Positions 45,531 to 54,402 of a stretch of 64,000 bases of DNA are shown piece after piece. The stretch is from an uncultured delta proteobacterium. GTDB taxonomy: Bacteria; Myxococcota; Myxococcia; Myxococcales; Myxococcaceae. The notes beneath the pieces are model-generated. The model ran no database searches, had not been told where the DNA came from, and saw nothing but the letters and a program-made list of their open reading frames with translations. Both the position numbers and the translations under genes were made by a program. The stretch covers positions 32,001 to 96,000 of the forward strand of contig CAVQKE010000006.1 in NCBI GenBank assembly GCA_963713045.1, in the 5' to 3' direction. Numbering within the stretch: position 1 is the stretch's first letter; each line of letters opens with the position of its first letter.

Positions 45531-46181
45531 TCATCCCCACAGCATCTCGCGCAGCTTCTGGTGGGCCCGGCCGGCGTGCCGGATGCCGTCGCGGAGTGCG
45601 GCCGCAGCGTCCTCCAACTCCACTTCTGGGTGGCAAGCCGCCACCGTCTCCACGTCATCGCTGGCGATGCCCAGCACGTGCAGTGCTTGGGACAACGGCT
45701 GCTCCACGTCTGCGGACAGGGACTTGGGGGCATCCGCCCCGCCCAGGCGCATTTCCAAGAGGCGCACGCGCGTCAACTCCTCCGTCATGTAGGCGAAGCG
45801 CGGTGGGCCAGCCACCGGGAAGGGCAGCGGCGTGGCCGTGGTGCGGAAACTCCGCAGGCCCCGCGGCGTGTTCACCTCCCACTCCAGCACCGCCGGTCCG
45901 CCGCGCCTCAGCGCTTCCTCTGCCAGGCCTGCCAGTTGGACACAGGCATCGGCTGGAACTCCCAGTTCGCGCCCCCGGCGGCCCCGGGCTTCACTCATCT
46001 TGCAGCCCAGCCGCGAGGCGGTGGCGGGATTCAGCGCCAAGTAGCGCAGGTCGTCTCCCAGCCATTCCACCACGCCGACGCCGAGTGGGGTTTGGTTGAA
46101 GAGGAGATTGTACAGCGGGTCTTCTGACTCGACGGCGCAACGCAGCAGAGCGGCTTCAATCGGTGTAGCGGTGTGCGACAT
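45531..46181 (-). CDS. PAS-domain protein with a degenerate HisKA-like C-terminal hairpin and no ATPase domain
   Basis: PAS pattern LFNQTPLGV...YLALNPA...EARGR...EELT, followed by SADVEQPL and LEDAAAALRDG helices, then the stop. Confidence 0.7.
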   Translation of the reverse strand: MSHTATPIEAALLRCAVESEDPLYNLLFNQTPLGVGVVEWLGDDLRYLALNPATASRLGCKMSEARGRRGRELGVPADACVQLAGLAEEALRRGGPAVLEWEVNTPRGLRSFRTTATPLPFPVAGPPRFAYMTEELTRVRLLEMRLGGADAPKSLSADVEQPLSQALHVLGIASDDVETVAACHPEVELEDAAAALRDGIRHAGRAHQKLREMLWG

Positions 46182-46299
46182 TTCGGCCTTTGACGAAGGA
46201 AGGGGATGACTTCTGGGGCGCGCGCCTGTACGTGGTTCGCCCGAAGATGGCAAACGTGTGACACGCTTGACCTAATGGCGGCGAGTAGCCAGCGCTGCC

Positions 46300-46728
46300 T
46301 CAGCCGGCTGCGGGCGTCAGGACGAGAATGAGGACGCCGTTCGCGTGGGGGCCGGCCTGCAGGTAGACGGAGCCTTCCCGCCCCAGCGTGTAGGTGGTGT
46401 GCAGCGGCGGAAGGGAGACGGAGACCTGGCTCTGGCTCCCCTTCACACTCAACAGGGTGAGGCTGGCGGACTTGTTGTTGGGAAGCTTCACCTCGGCGGC
46501 TTTGCCAAGGACCAGCTGCAGCTGGTCCTTGGACAGCCGGCGGTAGGACGTGTAGCTGATGCCACTCTTGGAGAATTGCTCGCGCATTTTCTCCAGCCCC
46601 GGGTCCACGCCGCCCGCGTCGTTGGAGGCTTGGACGACTTCGGCCACCAGCGAGATGTGACTCTCCGCCAGCGCGGGGAGCGCGCCGAGGGCGCCGGCCA
46701 ACAGTGCGCCTCGCAAGACGCTCCTCAC
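46300..46728 (-). CDS. Hypothetical secreted protein in the ECF sigma operon
   Basis: GTG overlaps the anti-sigma TGA; signal peptide ending PALA; beta-rich mature region. Confidence 0.75.
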   Translation of the reverse strand: MRSVLRGALLAGALGALPALAESHISLVAEVVQASNDAGGVDPGLEKMREQFSKSGISYTSYRRLSKDQLQLVLGKAAEVKLPNNKSASLTLLSVKGSQSQVSVSLPPLHTTYTLGREGSVYLQAGPHANGVLILVLTPAAG

Positions 46729-47309
46729 AGCTCGCCGCCCTTGGGGCGGGGCGGCGCCGGCACCTCCGGCACCGAGGCGTCGGCACCCAGGCTGAGACTG
46801 GGCCGGTCCGGGTGGTCCACCAACCAGATGATGGCATCTCCCCCTTCCGTCTTCAGCAGCACCGGGGCGATGTGGGAGGCCTCGTCGGTGGAGACGTCTT
46901 GCACCGAAGGGTGAACGGCTTCGGCCACCATCGCGGTGGGCGACGGCGCGGGAAGCGCCAGCACTGCCAACAGCGCCGCGGCGGCCAGCCCGAGGCCACC
47001 CCACAGGACGGCCGGGCGGTGCGTCCGCCACTCGGCGAAGCCCACCGACAGCCGCTCGGCCAGCGAAGTGCGGTGCGGCCGCAGGCGCGCCAGGACGGCC
47101 TGGCGGAAGCCGGAGAAGTCCGTCGCCTCGGCCTGGGCCTCATAGCGGCGCCGCAGCAGCTCGCCGACACCCCGCAGCTCCGCCAGCCGCGCCCGACAGG
47201 CCGAACAGCTGGCCAGGTGCCCCTCCAGGGCGACGCGGGCCACGGGCGAAAGCTCCCCGTCGAGGTGCGCGGACAACTCCTGGACGGATGAGCAGTGGGG
47301 AGAAGCCAT
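46725..47309 (-). CDS. Zinc-binding anti-sigma factor (ZAS) with one TM
   Basis: LSAHLDGEL...HLASCSAC (HxxxCxxC), central TM helix, directly after the ECF sigma. Confidence 0.9.
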   Translation of the reverse strand: MASPHCSSVQELSAHLDGELSPVARVALEGHLASCSACRARLAELRGVGELLRRRYEAQAEATDFSGFRQAVLARLRPHRTSLAERLSVGFAEWRTHRPAVLWGGLGLAAAALLAVLALPAPSPTAMVAEAVHPSVQDVSTDEASHIAPVLLKTEGGDAIIWLVDHPDRPSLSLGADASVPEVPAPPRPKGGEL

Positions 47310-47350
47310 GAGAATTCCCTAAGGAAAGGCTGACGAGGGCAGCTGGCCCT

Positions 47351-47995
47351 TTATTCGCGCCGCTGTCCCCCTTTGCGTTTCTCGCTGGCCGACGGCCCGG
47401 CCTCGGGCGCGTCGGCCAGGTAGGCCGCCAGCAGGCGCTGGACTTTCGCCCGGGCATGGAAGAGGCGCGACATGACGGTGCCCTTCGGGATTTCCAAGGT
47501 GCGAGCCAGGTCCTCGTAGGACATTCCTTCCAGCTCGCGCAAGAGAAGGATGGCGCGGTGTTTGTCCGGTAGCTGCGCCAGCGCCTCGTCCAGCTTCTCC
47601 CCCAGCTCCCGGCGCAGGGCAACCTGGGCGGGGCTACTGTCCAGCTGGCTGCCCACGGCGCCGAGGTTGGCCTCGGCCAGGTCCAGCTGCACGCTGTCGT
47701 CATATTCAACGGATTCGCTGCTGCTGGTGCCGCGGCGGCGCAACACGTCGATGCAGGTGTTGGTGGTGATGCGGTACAGCCAGGTGTAGAAGCTCGAGTC
47801 GCCCTTGAAATGGTCAAGGTAGCGGTGCACCTTGACGAAGGCCTCTTGGGAGACGTCCATCGCCTCCTCGGCGTCCTTCACCATCCCCAGCGCCACCGCA
47901 TACACCTTCTTCTGGTAGCGCTCGACGAGCAGGCCGAAGGCCCGCTGGTCGCCGGAACGGGCACGGCGGACGAGCGTGAGGTCGTCGGTCGGCAA
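47351..47995 (-). CDS. rpoE: ECF RNA polymerase sigma factor (RpoE-like)
   Basis: Region 2 DVSQEAFVK...FYTWLYRI and region 4 GMSYEDLA...GTVMSRLFHAR; TTG at 47995 follows GGAGG. Confidence 0.92.
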   Translation of the reverse strand: MPTDDLTLVRRARSGDQRAFGLLVERYQKKVYAVALGMVKDAEEAMDVSQEAFVKVHRYLDHFKGDSSFYTWLYRITTNTCIDVLRRRGTSSSESVEYDDSVQLDLAEANLGAVGSQLDSSPAQVALRRELGEKLDEALAQLPDKHRAILLLRELEGMSYEDLARTLEIPKGTVMSRLFHARAKVQRLLAAYLADAPEAGPSASEKRKGGQRRE

Positions 47996-48008
47996 GGGGG
48001 CCTCCACC

Positions 48009-48947
48009 TTACGGAGGCGAGTCCCGTCCCGTCCAGGTTCCTGCCATGCGTGGTCGCTCGGCCCAAGCGCGGGGGTGGCGCAACACCTCCACCAGCCGCG
48101 CCTCCTCGCTGCCCGGCACCGGCTGGACGTCGTAGCCCCAGCGCACGCGCGGGGGCAGCGAGACGAGGATGCTTTCCACCCGCCCTTGCGTCTGCAGGCC
48201 AAAAAGAGTCCCGCGGTCCTGCACCAGGTTGAATTCGACGTAGCGGCCGCGGCGGAGCTCGGCCCAGGCGCGCTGTGCGTCGGTGTAGGGCAGCGCTTTG
48301 CGCCGGCGGACAATGGGCAAATACGCGGGCAAAAAGGCGCGCGCACAGTCCTGGACGAAGCCAAATTCCTTCTCGGGCTCCCGGCCCGTGTCCTCGAAGA
48401 AGACCCCGCCGACGCCCCGGGCCTCCTCCCGGTGGGGAAGCCAGAAGTAGCGGTCACAGGCGGCCTTGAAGCGCGCGTAGGAGCCAACTTCGTGCCGCTC
48501 GCAGACGTCCCGCAGCGTCTGGTGGAAGTGGGCCGCGTCCTCGTCGAAGAGGTAATGGGGGGTGAGGTCCGTGCCGCCCCCAAACCAGGCCTTCGCCCCC
48601 TGTTGGATGAAGCGAAAGTTGGCGTGAACGGTGGGGACCAGCGGGTTGCGCGGATGCAGAATGAGGCTGAGCCCGCTGGCGAAAAACTCGCGCCCCTGTC
48701 CCCCCAGCTTCAGGGCGAAGGCCTCGCTGAGCTCTCCCCACACCCCCGAGACGTTGACGCCTCCCTTCTCAAAGACGCGGCCCTCCTCGAGGACACGGGT
48801 CCGTCCCCCGCCGCCCCCGGCCCGCTCCCAGCGGTCGTCCCCGAAGCGCCCTTCCCCGTCTTCAGCCTCCAGCGCCCGGCACAACTCCTCCTGCAGGCCC
48901 TCCACGAAGGCCTGCATCCGCGGACCAAGCTCATTCAGCGTCTTCAC
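48009..48947 (-). CDS. hemF: Oxygen-dependent coproporphyrinogen III oxidase
   Basis: FEKGGVN, HPRNP.VPTVHANFR, WFGGGTDLTP, RRGRYVEFNL.DRGT.FGL. Confidence 0.96.
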   Translation of the reverse strand: MKTLNELGPRMQAFVEGLQEELCRALEAEDGEGRFGDDRWERAGGGGGRTRVLEEGRVFEKGGVNVSGVWGELSEAFALKLGGQGREFFASGLSLILHPRNPLVPTVHANFRFIQQGAKAWFGGGTDLTPHYLFDEDAAHFHQTLRDVCERHEVGSYARFKAACDRYFWLPHREEARGVGGVFFEDTGREPEKEFGFVQDCARAFLPAYLPIVRRRKALPYTDAQRAWAELRRGRYVEFNLVQDRGTLFGLQTQGRVESILVSLPPRVRWGYDVQPVPGSEEARLVEVLRHPRAWAERPRMAGTWTGRDSPP

Positions 48948-48988
48948 CGTGGGGAGGCCCTTTGCCGCAAGGGAGTTGAAGGCCCTTT

Positions 48989-49276
48989 TTAGTGCACCGG
49001 GAGGTCCGGGCCCTGGGTCTCCACGGCGCCGAAGCGCGCCTCGTACTTCTGGAGGTTCTCCGAGATGGCCGCCAGCAGGCGCTTCAGGTGGCGCGGGCTG
49101 GTGATGATTCTGGCCCGCACCGCCGCCTTCGGCTGCTGCGGCTGGACGTAGATGAAGTCGAGCGTGAATTCGGAGTCGGTGTGGTTGACCAAGGCCAAGT
49201 TTGCATAGAGGCCTTGGGCCACCGTCTCATCAATCTGGATCTGCAACGCAGTCTCGGGCACCTTGAGCTCGCTCAT
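48989..49276 (-). CDS. DUF3467 family protein
   Basis: GLYANLALVNHTDSEFTLDF...RIITSPRHLKRL...YEARFG. Confidence 0.88.
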   Translation of the reverse strand: MSELKVPETALQIQIDETVAQGLYANLALVNHTDSEFTLDFIYVQPQQPKAAVRARIITSPRHLKRLLAAISENLQKYEARFGAVETQGPDLPVH

Positions 49277-49340
49277 GGCCTCCGTGCATACCCCTGCGGT
49301 GGGCGCCGGTGCCAGAGGGGGACCGGCGGACCTCCCCGCC

Positions 49341-50135
49341 TTGGACCCCGCCGCGACCGCCCCCTTTGAATTGGGAGTTGGGCCGGGGGGCTGCCTGCTG
49401 TTGCACGGCTTTACCGGGACGCCCTGGGACGTGCGGCCCCTGGGTGAGGCGCTCGCCGCGGGCGGTTTCCGCGTCCGCGGGATGCGCCTTCCCGGCCACG
49501 GCACCACGCCTCGGGCGATGCTGGACGCCGGCGTGGACGACTGGCTGGACGCCTGCGAGGAGGGGCTGGCCGGCTTTCGCGAGCCGCGGGTGGCGGTGGT
49601 TGGCCTCTCCATGGGGGCCCTGTTGGCGGTGGTGCTCGGCGCCCGCCACCCAGACCGCGTCCAAGCGGTGGTGGGATTGGCCCCGGCGGTCCGCTTCAAG
49701 GACCCGCTGATGCGCGGACTGCGTCTGGCGCCAGCCATCACCCTGGCGGTGGCAGCGCGTCTTCACCCCTGGGTGCACAAGTCGAGTACCGACTTGGTCG
49801 ACCTGGAGGCCCGCGCCGCCGCGCCGGTGCTGCCGGCCTGGCCGCTCAGCAGGCTTCGCGACCTGTGGACGGTGCAGGATTTGGCCTGGCGCAGTGCACC
49901 GAAGGTGCGGGCACCGGTGCTGCTCGCCGTCGCCCAGCACGACCGGGTGGTGGACGTCGGTGGCGCGCGAGCGCTGGCGCGGCGGCTGAGGCACGCGGCC
50001 AGCGTCCGTTTCATTCAGCTCGACCGCGGTGCGCACATCATGCCGCGCGACCAGGGGCGTCAGCTGTTGCAGCAGGAAGTGCTGGCCTTCCTCCGTCGCG
50101 CGCGCACGCTCGATAGCGGCGCGCCGACGGTATAG
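49341..50135 (+). CDS. Alpha/beta-hydrolase carboxylesterase (monoacylglycerol-lipase-like)
   Basis: LLHGFTG, LPGHG, nucleophile GLSMG, HDRVV and GAH. Start uncertain (in-frame options from 49263 to 49341). Confidence 0.85.
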   Translation: MDPAATAPFELGVGPGGCLLLHGFTGTPWDVRPLGEALAAGGFRVRGMRLPGHGTTPRAMLDAGVDDWLDACEEGLAGFREPRVAVVGLSMGALLAVVLGARHPDRVQAVVGLAPAVRFKDPLMRGLRLAPAITLAVAARLHPWVHKSSTDLVDLEARAAAPVLPAWPLSRLRDLWTVQDLAWRSAPKVRAPVLLAVAQHDRVVDVGGARALARRLRHAASVRFIQLDRGAHIMPRDQGRQLLQQEVLAFLRRARTLDSGAPTV

Positions 50136-50187
50136 GTTCGCTCGGGGCAGCCGGCACCCCCCTCCGGGGGAGCGTGAAGGAGCAAGC

Positions 50188-51672
50188 ATGGCCAAGCGGC
50201 GCTACATCCTCGCCGTCGACCAGGGCACCACCGGCACCCACGTCACCGTGCTGGACGACCGGCTGAAAATCGCCGGGCAGTCGTACCGCGAGTTTCCTCA
50301 GGCCTTCCCCCAACCGGGTTGGGTGGAGCACGACCTCGAAGCCATTTGGCATTCCGTCGAGCGCTGCGTCGGCAAGGGACTGAAGGACGCTGGGATTGAC
50401 CCCTCTTGGGTGTCGGCCATCGGCATCACCAACCAACGCGAAACCACCGGGCTTTGGCGCCGGGACAACGGCAAGCCGGTGCACCGGGCCATTGTCTGGC
50501 AGGACCGCCGGACGGCGGACGTCTGCGCCGCGCTGAAGGCCCGCGGGGAGGAGCCGATGGTCCGCGAGAAAACGGGCCTGGTGCTGGACCCCTACTTCAG
50601 CGCCACCAAGCTGGCCTGGCTTTTGGACAACGTGGACGGGGCGCGCGCCCGGGCTCAGGCCGGCGAGCTGTGCTTCGGCACCATCGACACCTGGCTGGTG
50701 TGGCGCTTCACCGGTGGCGCGGTCCACGTCACCGACGCGTCCAACGCCAGCCGGACGCTGCTGTACGACATTCACAGCAACCAATGGGATGACGGACTGT
50801 GCGCCCTGTTTGACGTGCCCCGCTCCGTCCTTCCGGAAGTGAAAAGCTCGGCCGAAGTGTACGGCCTGACCAAGGGGTCGGCCGTGCTTCCGGACGGCAT
50901 TCCGGTGTGCGGCATGGCCGGCGACCAGCAGGCGGCACTCTTCGGCCAGGCGTGCTTCCAACCGGGTGAGGCCAAGTGCACCTATGGCACCGGGGCCTTC
51001 CTCCTGATGAATACCGGCCCGGTGCCGGTGGCCAGCAACCATGGGCTGCTCACCACCGTGGCCTGGCGACTGGGAGGACTCACCACCTATGCGCTGGAGG
51101 GCTCAAGCTTCGTCGCCGGGGCCGCCGTGCAGTGGCTTCGCGATGGCCTCGGCCTCATCCGCAAAGCACGCAAAGTGGAAGAGCTCGCTCGCCAGGTGCC
51201 GGACACCGGTGGCGTCACCTTCGTCCCGGCGCTGGCCGGCCTGGGCGCGCCGCAGTGGCGCCCCGAAGCCCGGGCGCTGCTGATGGGAATGGACCGCGGA
51301 ACCACCGCGGCCCACGTGGCACGCGCGGTGCTGGAGGGGATTGCCCTTCAAACTGCGGATTTGGCCGAGGCGATGCGCAAGGACAGTGGCCATGCCATCC
51401 CGCTGTTTAAGGTGGACGGCGGCGCCGCTGGGAACGACTTGCTGATGCAGCTGCAGGCCGACATTCTGGACGTCCCGGTGGTGCGGCCGCGCAACCTGGA
51501 AACCACCTCGCTCGGGGCGGCCCTGCTCGCCGGCCTGGGCTCCGGCCATTGGAATACCCTGGAGGAAATCCGCAGCGCCTGGAAGGCAGAGCGGACCTTC
51601 AAGCCGAAAACCACGCCCGAGGCGCGTGCCGAGGCGATGGCTCGCTGGAGGCGAGCGGTGGAGCGCGCCTAA
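50188..51672 (+). CDS. glpK: Glycerol kinase
   Basis: [58 protein letters not shown]. Confidence 0.97.
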   Translation: MAKRRYILAVDQGTTGTHVTVLDDRLKIAGQSYREFPQAFPQPGWVEHDLEAIWHSVERCVGKGLKDAGIDPSWVSAIGITNQRETTGLWRRDNGKPVHRAIVWQDRRTADVCAALKARGEEPMVREKTGLVLDPYFSATKLAWLLDNVDGARARAQAGELCFGTIDTWLVWRFTGGAVHVTDASNASRTLLYDIHSNQWDDGLCALFDVPRSVLPEVKSSAEVYGLTKGSAVLPDGIPVCGMAGDQQAALFGQACFQPGEAKCTYGTGAFLLMNTGPVPVASNHGLLTTVAWRLGGLTTYALEGSSFVAGAAVQWLRDGLGLIRKARKVEELARQVPDTGGVTFVPALAGLGAPQWRPEARALLMGMDRGTTAAHVARAVLEGIALQTADLAEAMRKDSGHAIPLFKVDGGAAGNDLLMQLQADILDVPVVRPRNLETTSLGAALLAGLGSGHWNTLEEIRSAWKAERTFKPKTTPEARAEAMARWRRAVERA

Positions 51673-51689
51673 AAAGGGGGAAAGGACAG

Positions 51690-51980
51690 ATGGCCCGGGA
51701 CAAGACAAAACTCTCCGACGCCGAGGTGCAGGCCTTTCTGGCGCAGTCGCCCGGCTGGGGGTTGGAAGCCGGCATGCTGAAAAAGACGTACGCCTTCTCG
51801 GACTTCCGCGCGGCGATGGCCTTCGTCAACCGCGTCGCCGACGCGGCCGAAGCGGCGGACCACCACCCGGACATCGACATTCGCTACGCCAAGGTGACGC
51901 TGGCCCTTTTTACCCACGACGCCCAGGGCCTCACCGCCCGGGACACCGCCTTGGCTGCGCAGCTGGAGCGGTTCGCCTAA
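51690..51980 (+). CDS. phhB: Pterin-4-alpha-carbinolamine dehydratase
   Basis: AE..DHHPDI and THDAQGLT..D..LA. Confidence 0.92.
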   Translation: MARDKTKLSDAEVQAFLAQSPGWGLEAGMLKKTYAFSDFRAAMAFVNRVADAAEAADHHPDIDIRYAKVTLALFTHDAQGLTARDTALAAQLERFA

Positions 51981-51998
51981 ACGGCGCCGGCCGGCCAT

Positions 51999-52601
51999 TC
52001 ACACCAGCTGCGCCACCACCAGGCACAGACAGGGCAGGCCAGGCAGCGCAGTCAACGCATGCTGGCTACCGGCCGGCATGGTGAGGGACTCGCCCGGCCA
52101 AACCTCATGGCCCAGGCTGTCGCCAAAGCCACCCTCCAGCACCAGCGTCTCCTCGGGGGCCGCATGCCCGTGCATCCCAAGCCCGGCGCCAGGCTGAATG
52201 CGGCACAGCGTCGCGAGCGCCTGCGCCAGCCGTGGCCCGGTGGGCACGGCGCGGACAGAAACGCCCTCGGTGGCCAGCCAGCCCTCGGGGTTGTCCACCC
52301 CGCTGAGGAGGGTGCGCGCGGCGGACTCCTCAATGTCCAGCAGGGCAGCCGCCTTCAAGACGAAGCGCTCCAGCCGCCTGGGCCCCGTCATCTCCGCCCG
52401 CACGGCGGCCAGGACGCGGTCCGGCGCTGGGGCCGGCGCTTCCTCGGACAGCAGCTCCATCGACGCGGCCAGAAGCCTGGCCGACGCCGCGGCGCAGCTG
52501 GAACACGTCTCCAGGTGCGCCCGCACCTCTGCCGGCAGCGGCGCATCCGGGCGCAGTGCGTGGAGAACCAGAGCGTCTTTCGGGTGGGGGGAGGCCGCCA
52601 T
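51999..52601 (-). CDS. ChrR-like protein: ZAS domain plus cupin
   Basis: N-terminal H...HLETCSSC; cupin motif HGH..PEETLVLEG.F.D...H. Confidence 0.8.
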   Translation of the reverse strand: MAASPHPKDALVLHALRPDAPLPAEVRAHLETCSSCAAASARLLAASMELLSEEAPAPAPDRVLAAVRAEMTGPRRLERFVLKAAALLDIEESAARTLLSGVDNPEGWLATEGVSVRAVPTGPRLAQALATLCRIQPGAGLGMHGHAAPEETLVLEGGFGDSLGHEVWPGESLTMPAGSQHALTALPGLPCLCLVVAQLV

Positions 52602-52699
52602 GTGCAAGTCGACGAAACGGGTACGTGTCTGCTGGGCCCGGTGGATGGGTGGCCCCTTCCCGCCCCCGCGCGGGGTCGGCCCCAGCCCGCACCTTCCTC

Positions 52700-53776
52700 C
52701 TAGTAGCTTACAAGCGCAGTCGCCAGCGCCGCATAGGCGTCAGCCAGCGCCGACACCGAAACACTCTCGCCGGCTTGATGGGCCTGGGCCGTCTCGCCGG
52801 GGCCGAAGTTGACGGCCTCCACGCCGTGCTGGGCAAGCCGGGCCACGTCGGTCCACGCTTGTTTGGCCGCTGCCGGCTGGCCACTGGCGAGGACCAGGCG
52901 CTGGAAGAAGGGGTTCATGGCGCACACCGGCGCCGAGGGGGAGCGGTCCGTCACCTCCACCTCCGCCCGCCCCGCCACCAGGCGGCGCAAGTCAGCCTCG
53001 GCATCCTCGGCGCTGCGTCCGGGAGCAAAGCGGACGTTGATGTTGAGGGTGAAGAGGTCCGGCACCACATTGCGGGCCGCACCGCCCTGGGCGAGGGTGG
53101 CGGTGAGGACTTCCTGAAAGCGGAAGCCACCGCAGTCGACGTCCCGGGGCGGCAGCGCCAGCAACTCGCTGAGAAGTGGCCCAGCCAAGTGCACTGCATT
53201 TCTCCCCTGCCAGGGCCGGGCGGCGTGGGCGGCTTTTCCTCGAAAGCGGACGGTGGCGTGCAGCGAGCCGACACACCCCACCTGCACCACCCCGTCGGTG
53301 GGCTCGAGCGCGATGGCGAAGCGGACGCTCGCCAACTCCGGTGCCCTCTCGAAGAGGAGGCCGAGCCCATTGTCGGCATAGGGCCCTTCCTCTCTCTCAT
53401 AGAGGATGAGCAGCAGGTTACACGGAAGCTCCTCGCGAGGCAGGGACTCGGCGAGCGCCATCATCACCGCCACCCCGCCCTTCATGTCGCTGGCCCCGGT
53501 GCCCACCAGCCGCTCTCCACTGCGGCGGGCGGGCCCGGTGTCGGGATGGGGCGGAACGGTGTCCAAGTGCCCCACCAGCGCCACCGTCGGGCGGGGGTCC
53601 TCGCGCCGTCCGAGGACGAAGCTGTGTCCGACCCGCAGCCGCTCTTCGGCCTTCCACAGCCGCGCCGCCCAGCTGTCCACCTGGGCCGCCAGCGCTGCCT
53701 CGCCGCCGGTCGGGCTGGCGATGGCACACAGGGCGAGGGTGGATGCGGCCAGCGCCTCGGGGTCAACCCTCGCCAT
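52700..53776 (-). CDS. dapE: Succinyl-diaminopimelate desuccinylase (M20 family)
   Basis: GHLDTV, GASDMKGG, EREE, EPT, AHAARPW, AWTDVAR, NFGPG..AH; lies next to dapD. Confidence 0.9.
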   Translation of the reverse strand: MARVDPEALAASTLALCAIASPTGGEAALAAQVDSWAARLWKAEERLRVGHSFVLGRREDPRPTVALVGHLDTVPPHPDTGPARRSGERLVGTGASDMKGGVAVMMALAESLPREELPCNLLLILYEREEGPYADNGLGLLFERAPELASVRFAIALEPTDGVVQVGCVGSLHATVRFRGKAAHAARPWQGRNAVHLAGPLLSELLALPPRDVDCGGFRFQEVLTATLAQGGAARNVVPDLFTLNINVRFAPGRSAEDAEADLRRLVAGRAEVEVTDRSPSAPVCAMNPFFQRLVLASGQPAAAKQAWTDVARLAQHGVEAVNFGPGETAQAHQAGESVSVSALADAYAALATALVSY

Positions 53777-54362
53777 CCCCGCCGTCCAGAAAGAGGAGGG
53801 CCGCGCACACGCACGGCGCTCCCGGCAAGCCCCACATGGAATGGGTGGTCCCCGCCGCCATCGCCAGCGTCTCGCCGGGCCACACCACATGCCCGGCGGA
53901 GTCGGCGAAGCCCCCGTCGAGGACGAAAAGCTGCTCGCGGCCCACGTGGGCATGTTCCGAAAGCGTCACGCCGGCCGGCAGCCGAACCAGCGAGGCCAGC
54001 GCGGACTGCACCCGGGAGCCGCCGTCCACCGGGAGAACGCTGATGCCGACGTCCGGGCCCTCCATCCATTCCTCGGCGACGTCGATGCGGGCCAGCAGGC
54101 GGCGCGCCTCCGCCTCGCCGAAGTCGAAGAACTTTGCCAGCGCATCGCAGAAGCGCTCCAGCCGGTGAGGACTTAAGCCCGGCACCGTGCGCAGGACGGC
54201 GCCGGAGGCTTCGGCCATCGCCTCGACGGCGTGCTCCACCCGGCCCGGCGTTTCCTGGGGAGCGGCGTCGCCAGAAGGGGGTTCAGCTTCGCCGCCGCCC
54301 TCTGGGGTCGACTCGACGAGCGAGGCGACCAGCACGTCAATGGGGCGTTTGGAGTCGCTCAC
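53763..54362 (-). CDS. ChrR-like cupin protein lacking the ZAS motif
   Basis: Cupin motif HAH..REQLFVLDG.F.D...H; clearly paralogous to 51999-52601; GTG start at 54362 is inferred. Confidence 0.75.
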   Translation of the reverse strand: MSDSKRPIDVLVASLVESTPEGGGEAEPPSGDAAPQETPGRVEHAVEAMAEASGAVLRTVPGLSPHRLERFCDALAKFFDFGEAEARRLLARIDVAEEWMEGPDVGISVLPVDGGSRVQSALASLVRLPAGVTLSEHAHVGREQLFVLDGGFADSAGHVVWPGETLAMAAGTTHSMWGLPGAPCVCAALLFLDGGDGEG

Positions 54363-54402
54363 GAAAGCGGACGGGGGGACCCGGGCGAGAGGCCCGACCC
54401 TA

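Noticed and set aside
46245..46299. c-di-GMP-I riboswitch suggested by GGCAAAC
   Set aside because: It is on the strand opposite the flanking genes and lacks the GNRA tetraloop and GCAAAG elements.
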